This document shows, one piece after another, positions 1 through 8,298 of a stretch of 36,909 nt of DNA. The DNA lies in the NCBI GenBank assembly GCA_947085305.1, contig CAMTVV010000132.1, positions 1-36,909 of the forward strand, given 5' to 3'. Position 1 is the stretch's first letter. Every line of letters begins with the position of its first letter. The position numbers were made by a program, and so were the translations under genes. The notes under the pieces are model-generated. The model made no database searches. It was given only the letters and a program-made list of their open reading frames with translations, and was not told the DNA's origin. The DNA is from an uncultured Nitrospiraceae bacterium. GTDB taxonomy: Bacteria > Nitrospirota > Thermodesulfovibrionia > Thermodesulfovibrionales > UBA9159.

Positions 1-260
1 ATTTGAAGAAGGGAGCCTCAGGAAGAAAAAGAGGGTCAGCGCCCTATTTCTATTAAAATAGCCAGCACCGGCAGATAACAGTACATTGACGCGCTGACCT
101 TTCGAGAAACCGCAGGGCTTTATGCGGGCCATTATCTACTTGGACATACTATTCGGAGTATCCAGGCATAGGAATTTACACCGGCAATCCCTCCCGTCTC
201 TCAAGGCCTGAAGAAATGGAACTGCTCAAAAGGGAAATGGGACAATGATCGGGAGGAATC

Positions 261-303
261 TGTAGGACAAGAACTTACAAAAATATCAGCATTTTTCTGA
301 TAT
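261..303 (+). promoter_or_regulatory. Composite upstream element, copy A: palindrome TGTAGG-N7-CTTACA (261-279) plus inverted repeat ATATCAG-N7-CTGATAT (283-303)
   Basis: A near-identical element recurs at 1136-1201 upstream of rpoD. This copy lies 37-79 nt upstream of the response-regulator ATG. Confidence 0.4.
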
Positions 304-339
304 TTCACTTTTCGTATTTGCATATAGTATAGTGATAGT

Positions 340-972
340 ATGATTAATATCCTCATTGCTGATGATCACGCCATTGTGCGCAAGGGCTTGAAGCAGATTC
401 TGGCCGAGACCCAGGATATGGTCGTAGCAGGCGAAGCGTGCAACGGCTTTGAAGTGATGGAAAAGGTGAGAAATAACCATTATGATGTGCTGCTGCTGGA
501 TATCTCCATGCCCGGCAAAAGCGGTCTTGATATCCTGAAAGAGCTGAAAATGGAAAACCCGAAACTCCCTGTTCTTGTCTTGAGCATGTACCCGGAGGAG
601 CAATATGCGGTCCGGGTCTTGAGGGCCGGGGCCTCAGGCTATTTGACGAAGGAGAGCGCGCCGGAGGAGCTGGTGGTGGCAATGCGCAAGGTTGCCAGGG
701 GAAAGAAATATGTCAGTCCTTCACTGGCCGAGAAACTGGCGGTTGACCTTGAAGTTGATGCCTCAAAGCCGCCCCACGAGACGCTTTCCGACCGTGAGTA
801 TCAGGTATTGTGCATGATCGCTTCAGGGAAAACCGTGGGAGAGATCGCAGAGAAGCTGTCGCTGAGCGCCAAGACCATCAGCACCTACAGGGCGCGCATC
901 CTTGAAAAGATGAACATGAAAAATAGCGCCGAATTGACTCATTATGCTATTCAGAACAAATTGGTGGATTAA
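340..972 (+). CDS. NarL/FixJ-type response regulator (receiver + LuxR-family HTH)
   Basis: Receiver signature (MINILIADDH, LLLDISMPGKSG) and C-terminal LuxR HTH (LSDREYQVLCMIASGKTVGEIAEKLSLSAKTISTYRARILEKM). There is no Shine-Dalgarno. TATAGT boxes abut the ATG. Confidence 0.9.
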   Translation: MINILIADDHAIVRKGLKQILAETQDMVVAGEACNGFEVMEKVRNNHYDVLLLDISMPGKSGLDILKELKMENPKLPVLVLSMYPEEQYAVRVLRAGASGYLTKESAPEELVVAMRKVARGKKYVSPSLAEKLAVDLEVDASKPPHETLSDREYQVLCMIASGKTVGEIAEKLSLSAKTISTYRARILEKMNMKNSAELTHYAIQNKLVD

Positions 973-990
973 ATGGACAGCGAGCGTATT

Positions 991-1078
991 CCCCGTGGTC
1001 TTGCCGCGGGGTTAGAGAGCGAATATGATAATAAAAATTCCTTACATTAAGATTCCCTGCGGTCTTGCCTCAGGGAAT
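991..1078 (+). repeat. Two tandem hairpin repeats of the ATTCC...GGAAT family (991-1011 and 1052-1078), loop TCTTG
   Basis: The two units are CCCCGTGG-TCTTG-CCGCGGGG and ATTCCCTGCGG-TCTTG-CCTCAGGGAAT. They lie just after the response-regulator stop. They are related to the hairpin units at 8201-8260 and 16160-16240. Confidence 0.6.
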
Positions 1079-1135
1079 CTTCAATCCTCGAGAGTCGGTC
1101 TCGCAAGATTTCGTTAAGCCCTCCATAGTAATCTT

Positions 1136-1201
1136 GTAGGACAAACACTTACATAGAACAAAATAAATTCTTACAAAAAAATCAGTCTTACACTGATTTT
1201 C
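1136..1201 (+). promoter_or_regulatory. Composite upstream element, copy B: TGTAGG-N7-CTTACA (1136-1154), internal CTTACA duplication, then AAAATCAG-N7-CTGATTTT (1179-1201)
   Basis: It matches copy A at 261-303 (AATCT(T)GTAGGACAAnnACTTACA ... ATCAG-N7-CTGAT). It lies 114-179 nt upstream of rpoD. Confidence 0.4.
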
Positions 1202-1314
1202 CTTTTCCTTCAGATGGTCTAAAGTTAATTTATTCAGCTTTTCCTGTGAAATATATTCATCGCGTACAAAGGCATTGAGAAACTATTCTCTCCTTAGGAA
1301 AGGGGCGCAGCAAT

Positions 1315-2988
1315 ATGGACGTCTTTGATGCGGTGAGCCGAAAGATAGAAAATCCGGAGTATCTCGATGAGTATGCCGACAGCGATCACCCCCGGCCTTT
1401 CAGTGAGGGCATCGCGGAGGATGCCGGGATTCGCTGGGACGAAGGCGACGGCCTCGCTGAAGAGGGTCAGGGAGAAAGCGAAAAACCCTCTTTTGTCAGC
1501 GATGAGTATGATCCCGTAAAAATGTATCTCAAGGAGATTGGCAGCTTCCCCCTGCTGAAAAAAGAGGACGAGGTACAACTGGCGAAGCGGATCGAGAAGG
1601 GCAGAGAAAAAGTTACGAGGGCTCTTTTTGCTCTCCCCTTTGCACTGGAGGAACTGATCAGTTACGGCGATCTGATCAAATCAGGAGGGGCGTCACTTTC
1701 CGAGTTTACGCAGACCGAGAGCGACTCTGAAGAAACCCCGGAAGAAGAGCGGAAGAGATTCTTTTCCTGTATCGGGCGTATCAGATCTCTTTATCGTCGG
1801 GGAATCGCGCACCTGAACAGCGGCTCTACACTTAAGTCCTCAGTCCCACGGGCGGTAAGGCGCCTCGAAGAAAACATAGAGAAGATTCTGGAAAGGGTGA
1901 AAGCGCTGCGGCTGAAGGAAGATGTCCTCTGCGCGTTTTCCGACGAGCTGGGTAAAACCGTGCATCGGATTGAAGAGGTTCAGCGGAATATGAGCGCCCT
2001 GGAGAAAAGGCTCAGTGATCTTGGCCGGGACGTCAGCGGGCGCAGGCATAACTCCATAAAACCGTCTCCAAAGAGCGCTAAAGAGAAGGCCGCGGCAAAG
2101 GCCCTGGGAAAATCGAGAGTTCCGGATACTAACCGGGCTGCAATGATAAAGACATACCGCGGCTTCATGAGTGAAATAGAGAACTATGAACGTTCTATAG
2201 GCGTTCGCTATGCCGAAATGAAGGAAGTTATGGGCATCCTTTCAGAGGCATGGGCAGAGATATCTGCTGCGAAGAGCGCCATGATCGAGGCCAATCTCAG
2301 GCTTGTGATCAGCATCGCAAAGCGGTATATAGGGAAAGGGCTTAGTTTCCCTGACCTCATTCAGGAGGGGAACATCGGATTGATGAGGGCGGTGAATAAG
2401 TTTGAGTACCGGAGAGGATACAAGTTCAGCACTTATGCCACGTGGTGGATCAGGCAGTCTATCACCAGGGCCCTCGCGGATCAGTCACGGACCATCCGGA
2501 TACCGGTGCATTTAATTGATCTGAGAACTCGTATAATCAAAGCCTCACGTGAGCTTTTGCAGGAACTGGGATACGAGCCTTGCCCGGAAGAGATCGCTGT
2601 CCGGCTGAATATCCCCGAGGAGAAGGTCAGCGCGATCCTGAGGATATCAAAGGAACCGTTGTCTCTGGAAGCTCCGGCAGGCGAGGATGAGGAAATCCAT
2701 CTCCAGGACTTTATCGAGGACAAAACAACCCTTTCCCCCATCGATATCGTCATGAACGACGAACTGAAACATCACATTGAGCGGATTCTCTGTAGTCTCA
2801 GTCCCAAGGAGCAGAGAATTATACGCATGAGGTACGGGATAGGAGAAAACGCTTCTCATACCCTTGAAGAGATCGGAAAAGAGTTTGACGTCACACGGGA
2901 AAGGATCAGACAGATTGAGGTCAAGGCTGTCAAGAAGCTGAAATACCCCGCAAAGTGCATGTGGTTGAACAGGTTCATCACTACATGA
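1315..2988 (+). CDS. rpoD: RNA polymerase primary sigma factor (sigma-70 family, RpoD)
   Basis: Region 1.2 ([16 protein letters not shown]). Region 2 ([42 protein letters not shown]). Region 3 and region 4 ([20 protein letters not shown]). AGGAAAGGGG lies upstream of the ATG. Confidence 0.95.
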   Translation: MDVFDAVSRKIENPEYLDEYADSDHPRPFSEGIAEDAGIRWDEGDGLAEEGQGESEKPSFVSDEYDPVKMYLKEIGSFPLLKKEDEVQLAKRIEKGREKVTRALFALPFALEELISYGDLIKSGGASLSEFTQTESDSEETPEEERKRFFSCIGRIRSLYRRGIAHLNSGSTLKSSVPRAVRRLEENIEKILERVKALRLKEDVLCAFSDELGKTVHRIEEVQRNMSALEKRLSDLGRDVSGRRHNSIKPSPKSAKEKAAAKALGKSRVPDTNRAAMIKTYRGFMSEIENYERSIGVRYAEMKEVMGILSEAWAEISAAKSAMIEANLRLVISIAKRYIGKGLSFPDLIQEGNIGLMRAVNKFEYRRGYKFSTYATWWIRQSITRALADQSRTIRIPVHLIDLRTRIIKASRELLQELGYEPCPEEIAVRLNIPEEKVSAILRISKEPLSLEAPAGEDEEIHLQDFIEDKTTLSPIDIVMNDELKHHIERILCSLSPKEQRIIRMRYGIGENASHTLEEIGKEFDVTRERIRQIEVKAVKKLKYPAKCMWLNRFITT

Positions 2989-3061
2989 ACCGGCGCTCAG
3001 TGGAGCGAAGGGTTTATTAACAGTTTCTCCCCCGGCACAGGCCGGTTCAACAACACCAGAA

Positions 3062-3091
3062 TTGACAAGTAACGCCCATTTATTTCTTAAT
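3062..3091 (+). promoter_or_regulatory. Possible sigma-70 promoter (TTGACA-N18-CTTAAT) placed for a leaderless DUF362 transcript
   Basis: A perfect -35 TTGACA sits at 3062-3067. An A/T-rich -10-like hexamer sits at 3086-3091, 5 nt before the ATG at 3097. No Shine-Dalgarno is present. Confidence 0.3.
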
Positions 3092-3096
3092 ATAAC

Positions 3097-3996
3097 ATGG
3101 ACCGAAGGGAGTTTTTGAAATTTACTGCAATCGCCGGTCTCGGGCTTTCTGTAACTGGAACTGACCGGTTTTTTTCTTCCGCTGAAGCATCAGACAAGAT
3201 CGACCTCGCTGTAGCTCATGGCGCTTCTCCCTCAATGATCACCAGGGCTGCTATTGATGCCGTGGGCGGGATGAAAAAGTTTGTATCAAAAGGCGATATT
3301 GTTGTTGTAAAGCCTAATATTGCCTTTGACAGACTCCCTGAGCATGCAGCTACAACTAACCCTGAAGTTGTTACAGTTGTAGTGCAGATGTGTTATGAGG
3401 CAGGCGCTAAAAAGGTAAAGGTATTTGACAGGACAGTGAATGATGCGCGAAGGTGTTATGTACAGAGCGGAATTGCTGATGCTGCAAAGGCAGCAGGCGC
3501 GGATGTGAGCTATATTGACGAAAGAAAATTCAAGGAGATAAATATAAATGGCGGGGCTTTGAAGTCATGGCCTCTTTATACCGAGGTATTGGAGGCGGAC
3601 AAAGTGATCAATATCCCCATTGCAAAACATCACAGCCTTGCCGGACTCACCATGGCTATGAAAAACTGGATGGGGGTGATGGGAGGGAGAAGGAACAGCG
3701 TCCACCAGCGGCTCGATGAAAGCCTCGTTGATCTTGCCCTGGTCATCAAGCCCGCTCTTACCGTCCTTGATGCAGTCCGGATCCTCACTGCCAATGGTCC
3801 TCAGGGCGGAGACCTGAAGGACGTAAAGAAGTTAGATACCGTGATCGCCGGGATTGATCAGGTGGCGGTGGACTCTTACGGGGCCACCCTCTTCGGGATG
3901 AAGGGAAGCGACCTTGGATATGTGAGGCTCGGGGATAAAATGGGTCTCGGCGTCATGGACCTCTCGAAGCTGAAGATCAAGAAGATTAACGTTTAA
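3097..3996 (+). CDS. DUF362 domain protein with twin-arginine (Tat) signal peptide
   Basis: N-terminus MDRREFLKFTAIAGLGLSV...AEA/S fits the Tat motif (RRxFLK), a hydrophobic region and an AxA cleavage site. The body resembles DUF362 (VVVKPNI..., PIAKHHSLAG). Confidence 0.8.
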   Translation: MDRREFLKFTAIAGLGLSVTGTDRFFSSAEASDKIDLAVAHGASPSMITRAAIDAVGGMKKFVSKGDIVVVKPNIAFDRLPEHAATTNPEVVTVVVQMCYEAGAKKVKVFDRTVNDARRCYVQSGIADAAKAAGADVSYIDERKFKEININGGALKSWPLYTEVLEADKVINIPIAKHHSLAGLTMAMKNWMGVMGGRRNSVHQRLDESLVDLALVIKPALTVLDAVRILTANGPQGGDLKDVKKLDTVIAGIDQVAVDSYGATLFGMKGSDLGYVRLGDKMGLGVMDLSKLKIKKINV

Positions 3997-4004
3997 ACGG
4001 TTCA

Positions 4005-5549
4005 ATGCAGAACCTCAGAAGGCTTTCGCAGGGGATATTCCTGCTCATATTCCTTTTTCTATTTGTGCAGACAGAGTCGAAGGGGAATGATGCGCTGGGC
4101 TATCCGGTAAAGATATTCCTGGACTTCGATCCTCTCATCTTAACCACAACTCTTCTGTCTGCCCATGCCGCTGCAAAGGCATTTTATCTCTCCATCGCCC
4201 TCATCGTCGTTACGTTGCTTCTGGGAAGGGTATTCTGCGGCTGGGCATGTCCCCTCGGCACACTCAATAATCTTATGGGCGCTTTGAAAAAGGCGCGGCC
4301 CGGGGAGAAAACTCGTAACTGGCGCAGGGCAAAGTATTATGTCCTGATATTTGTTCTCGTGTCTTCCTCTTTTACGCTGCAGCTTGTGGGGATAATGGAC
4401 CCCCTGTCCCTCCTCATCAGGTCGCTCTCTCTAAGCATCTATCCCCTCTTTAATTATGGCGTCAGGGCTTTCTTTGATGCGCTTTACGACCTCAATATCC
4501 AGGGGCTGGTGGACATGTCGGAATCTCTTTATTCTCTTCTGAAGAAGAGTGTTCTCTCCTTTCAGCAGCCCCTTTACAAACAGAGCGTTTTCATCGGGTT
4601 TCTCTTCTTCGGTATCATGGCGCTAAACCTTTTGGAAAGGCGTTTCTGGTGCAGATACCTTTGTCCCCTGGGGGCCCTTCTCGGAATTCTTTCGCGATAT
4701 TCCCTTCTTAAAAGGACAGTGAGCGAAGGGTGCAACTCATGCGGCGCATGCGCTCCGGTCTGCCAGGGAAACGCATCCCCTGACCGGAAAGAGGAATGGA
4801 GAGACGCGGAATGTTTCTATTGCTGGAATTGTGATGATGTCTGTCCCCAGAATGCGGTGAGCTTCGGATTTACCCAAAGAAAAGTAACCGCTGCAATGGA
4901 TCTCGGAAGAAGAAGGGTGATCACGTCCGCCCTCTCAGGGCTCGTTGCGGTTCCGCTGCTGAAATCAATCCCCCTTTCAAAATCAGGATTTTCGGACCCG
5001 GCATTAATCAGGCCGCCGGGCTCCCTTGAAGAAAAAGAGTTCCTGAAGAGATGCGTTAAATGCGGCGAGTGCATGAAGGTATGCATCACCAACGGTCTCC
5101 AGCCGACCCTCCTTGAAGCGGGCCTTGAAGGGATATGGTCGCCGGTGCTCGTTCCGAGGATGGGATACTGTGAATACCGCTGCACCCTCTGCGGCCAGGT
5201 CTGCCCCACAGGCGCCATTAAGAAGCTTGATCTGAAAGAAAAGATGAAGGTGAAGATAGGATTGGCCATGATCGACAAGGGAAGATGCCTGCCTTATGCC
5301 CATGCAACGCCGTGCATCGTATGCGAAGAGGTCTGTCCCACCCCGAAGAAGGCTATATGGTTTGAGGAGGCGAGGGTCAAAGACAGGGAAGGAAAAGAAA
5401 AGGTCATGAAACAGCCGAGGGTTGATCTCGAACTCTGCATAGGCTGCGGCATATGCGAGACAGATTGTCCTGTGGTCGGCCAGCCTGCCATCTACGTGAT
5501 CAGCGTGGGCGAGTCGAGGTCCAAAGAAAACCAGATCCTGCTGCAATGA
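4005..5549 (+). CDS. Membrane-bound polyferredoxin, NapH/MauN-like
   Basis: Several N-terminal TM helices with two CxxxCP motifs (CGWACPLG, CRYLCPLG). The C-terminal half has about six CxxCxxCxxxC(P)-type 4Fe-4S motifs. It starts 8 nt after the DUF362 stop. Confidence 0.8.
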   Translation: MQNLRRLSQGIFLLIFLFLFVQTESKGNDALGYPVKIFLDFDPLILTTTLLSAHAAAKAFYLSIALIVVTLLLGRVFCGWACPLGTLNNLMGALKKARPGEKTRNWRRAKYYVLIFVLVSSSFTLQLVGIMDPLSLLIRSLSLSIYPLFNYGVRAFFDALYDLNIQGLVDMSESLYSLLKKSVLSFQQPLYKQSVFIGFLFFGIMALNLLERRFWCRYLCPLGALLGILSRYSLLKRTVSEGCNSCGACAPVCQGNASPDRKEEWRDAECFYCWNCDDVCPQNAVSFGFTQRKVTAAMDLGRRRVITSALSGLVAVPLLKSIPLSKSGFSDPALIRPPGSLEEKEFLKRCVKCGECMKVCITNGLQPTLLEAGLEGIWSPVLVPRMGYCEYRCTLCGQVCPTGAIKKLDLKEKMKVKIGLAMIDKGRCLPYAHATPCIVCEEVCPTPKKAIWFEEARVKDREGKEKVMKQPRVDLELCIGCGICETDCPVVGQPAIYVISVGESRSKENQILLQ

Positions 5550-5610
5550 GCAATAGTCCGGTCAACTTTACTGCTACAATCTAATATTTTCTGATACACT
5601 TTAATTAATT

Positions 5611-6144
5611 ATGATTCCCATTGCCATTTGGCTTACCGGCATGCCCGGAAGCGGAAAGAGCGCCATTGCGGAAGAGATAAAAAAACGCCATCCGGATTTT
5701 ATCATCCTCCGCATGGACGATCTCAGGAAGATCGTTACTCCCGAACCGACCTACTCTGAGAAAGAAAGGGACATGGTATACCGGTGCCTTGTGTATGCCG
5801 CCTCTGCTCTCGTAGAAAACGGCCACAACGTGATTATCGACGCTACAGGGAACCTCAGGAAATGGAGGGACCTGGCAAGGCAGCTTATCCCAAGATATGG
5901 AGAGGTCTATCTGAAGTGCCCTGTGGAAATCTGTATGCTGAGAGAAAGAGAACGCCTCGAGACCCATGGGGCGCCCAGGGACATCTACACGAAGGGCGAG
6001 GCCGGATGGCCTGTTCCCGGCATCTCTGCGCCTTACGAAGAGCCCTTAAATCCGGAACTCCTCATAGCGGCTGACAGGACAGTTGTTCCTGATGCAGCGC
6101 AGAAGGTAGAGGACCTTATCAGCGAGCTTCAGTCGGACTCATAG
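5611..6144 (+). CDS. Adenylyl-sulfate (APS) kinase-like P-loop kinase
   Basis: Walker A (GMPGSGKS). APS-kinase-like layout (DDLR, YSEKERD, VIIDATG, C-terminal GISAPYEEPLNPEL). No Shine-Dalgarno. Confidence 0.65.
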   Translation: MIPIAIWLTGMPGSGKSAIAEEIKKRHPDFIILRMDDLRKIVTPEPTYSEKERDMVYRCLVYAASALVENGHNVIIDATGNLRKWRDLARQLIPRYGEVYLKCPVEICMLRERERLETHGAPRDIYTKGEAGWPVPGISAPYEEPLNPELLIAADRTVVPDAAQKVEDLISELQSDS

Positions 6145-8169
6145 CTTTATCGTACCCAGTCCGAGTAGATCAAAAAGTACGGATATGCTGTAGTCCTTTT
6201 CCCTCTTGGTGAAAATCGTGCTCACGCCCCAGCACTGTTTCTGGTACTTCACTTTCGCGACAATGTCTTTAAAGCTGCCGTTCTTTCCGTCATACCAGAA
6301 ATCTGTTGCCGCTGATAGTGTTTTTGAGAATGCGTAATTCATTCCCACAGAATAAAAGAGTATATTTCCGGTCCTGTTGTATCGCTCCCCTATGCTGAGT
6401 GTCATTGTGGAAGGCAGAATGAAATGGATGTCGGAATTTATCGTCTCAACCCTCCCCGTGTTTACATCGTAGGACACCTCTCCCCTGAAGGCCACAGGCC
6501 TGTGGATGGCTGCCTCAAGTTTAAGGGGAAGAAAGGGTCGATCGCCCCTGTAAGCATCAAAGGGCTGGGTGATCCTCACGGTCAAAAACTCCCCGCTGCT
6601 GTCCACAAACCGGTTGAGAAGGGAGAGTTCGATCCTCGATGTCTTTGTGTAAAGCTCAGTGGAATCGAAGAGAGGAAGGTTCGATTCAGCGGATGGGATG
6701 AACGCATACCCTAAGGACGGTTCAAGGATATGGGTGAAGGAGGAGTATCGCTTCATAAGTCTTGTCTGCGCGGTGGCCGTATAGTCAAGACTTTCCCGGT
6801 GCGGTGATCTGCCGAAGTCACCGCCATCCGATAGGGAATATGCCGTTTCCCTAAGTCCAAGGGACTGATTGATGATAAAGTCGCTCCCGAAGGAATAGGA
6901 AAACCGCGGGTAGAGCTCGATCCTCTGGCCTGAAACACCGCTCTCCCTCCGGAAGTTCGAGAGGGTTGAAGAGAAGGAAAAAACCATCGGGCCGATATTC
7001 CGGGGGTTCATGAAAAAACCCACCTCAGGGAGCCTATGCGCAATGGTAGATTGGTCTACCCCTTCCTTTAGGTCCACAAGGTACCTGGATGTGAGAAAAA
7101 GTCTTGAGTTGTCAAACCTGAAAGAAGCCTCTCCTGTGGATTCAAAGAATCTCCCGGTGGTGACAGTAAGGTATGATGACGGGTCCATAAACCTCTTGCC
7201 CCTGCTCATAAGAAAGGGGTCGTATTCCCTGTAGAATTCACTTGTGTTAATGTAATTGATGTTAAGATAACCGGTAATTTTGGCGTCACGGTCCCTGTCA
7301 TAAAACCCCCTGACGTCCCAGAAATCCTTTTCCAGTTCGTCATCCCTCAAATGATACGCCCAGAGGTTGCCCCTGGAGCCGTCAGGCTCAAGAAAACGGT
7401 ATTCAAGCCCCTGACCCACCCCCCTTTGGGAATATACATCAAGGACAAGGGTGGCATCCCTGTTGTCCGAGATGGCCCAGAAAAAGGGCTGCTCATAATG
7501 AACGCCCTTCCCTTTTACATACCCCACGGTGGGCATCAGAAAACCTGTCTTCCTCTCATTGCTCAGGCCTGCCGAGATGTAAGGAGAGTACAAGACAGGC
7601 TGCCCTTTTATGTCGAAGGTGACATTCCTTGCTTTGAGTGCATCGCCAATAATGAGATGAACTTCAGAGCCTCTGAAGCACCATGCAGGCAATGGAGCAT
7701 CGCAGGTGGTGAATGACGCCTTTTTCAGGTTGTATTCCTTTTCGCCGGTCTTCTCGATTTCATGGCCTGTGATATGGTAATTGTCCTTCTTCGAAAAGAT
7801 CTCTGCTTCGTAAAGGACGCCGGTTTTGTCTTCAAGGTTCAGATCAGCCTTCTTCGCCTTAATCCTCACCTCAGGGTCTTCGTAGACAACACTGCCCTCT
7901 GCAGTGAGGTCAGAAGACCTGTTGTTATATCTAATCTCATCGGCCTGGACAGTAGCCGAACCCTTCCTGATTATTACGTTGCCCTTTGCGGTGTAGGTGA
8001 ATGTCCCTGCATCATAGTCAAGAGAATCTGAATCGATCGTGGCGCTCTCCTCGGCAAAAGAGGGAGCAGCCCCGAAACAAAGGCAGAGAGCAGAGAGCAA
8101 AGAGCAAAGAAGCAAGATAAAGACCCCTTGCGCCGTGCCCCGCGCCCTTCGATCTATTAATTCCTGCAT
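6139..8169 (-). CDS. lptD: LPS-assembly outer membrane protein LptD (OstA family)
   Basis: Signal peptide, OstA-like N-terminal beta-jellyroll repeats (ADEIRYNN...LTAEGSVVY) and a large C-terminal beta-barrel region. Confidence 0.85.
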   Translation of the reverse strand: MQELIDRRARGTAQGVFILLLCSLLSALCLCFGAAPSFAEESATIDSDSLDYDAGTFTYTAKGNVIIRKGSATVQADEIRYNNRSSDLTAEGSVVYEDPEVRIKAKKADLNLEDKTGVLYEAEIFSKKDNYHITGHEIEKTGEKEYNLKKASFTTCDAPLPAWCFRGSEVHLIIGDALKARNVTFDIKGQPVLYSPYISAGLSNERKTGFLMPTVGYVKGKGVHYEQPFFWAISDNRDATLVLDVYSQRGVGQGLEYRFLEPDGSRGNLWAYHLRDDELEKDFWDVRGFYDRDRDAKITGYLNINYINTSEFYREYDPFLMSRGKRFMDPSSYLTVTTGRFFESTGEASFRFDNSRLFLTSRYLVDLKEGVDQSTIAHRLPEVGFFMNPRNIGPMVFSFSSTLSNFRRESGVSGQRIELYPRFSYSFGSDFIINQSLGLRETAYSLSDGGDFGRSPHRESLDYTATAQTRLMKRYSSFTHILEPSLGYAFIPSAESNLPLFDSTELYTKTSRIELSLLNRFVDSSGEFLTVRITQPFDAYRGDRPFLPLKLEAAIHRPVAFRGEVSYDVNTGRVETINSDIHFILPSTMTLSIGERYNRTGNILFYSVGMNYAFSKTLSAATDFWYDGKNGSFKDIVAKVKYQKQCWGVSTIFTKREKDYSISVLFDLLGLGTIKL

Positions 8170-8200
8170 AACTAATGACCTATTCGCTCGCCCCGTTATC

Positions 8201-8290
8201 TGTCACTCCCGCTCGTCGGGAGTCCTTCCGAAGAAAGATTCCGGACAAGCCGGAATGACAAAAATAGGACTTTACTTTTGCATTTTTCAG
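8201..8290 (+). repeat. Structured intercistronic repeat, copy A (outer stem TGTCA/TGACA enclosing two hairpins, plus TTTTGCATTTT tail)
   Basis: Hairpins ACTCCCG-CTCGT-CGGGAGT and ATTCCGG-ACAAG-CCGGAAT. A second copy lies at 16159-16281 in the same orientation, with base-pair-preserving substitutions. Confidence 0.75.
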
Positions 8291-8298
8291 TAATAGTG

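Noticed and set aside
1-260. Possible riboswitch, small RNA or 3' end of an upstream gene in the 339-nt region before the response regulator
   Set aside because: It contains only short hairpins and one long-range inverted repeat (GGTCAGCGC at 34-42 with GCGCTGACC at 101-109). I could not match any known RNA family by eye, and the 19-codon open frame ending at 61 has no recognisable sequence.
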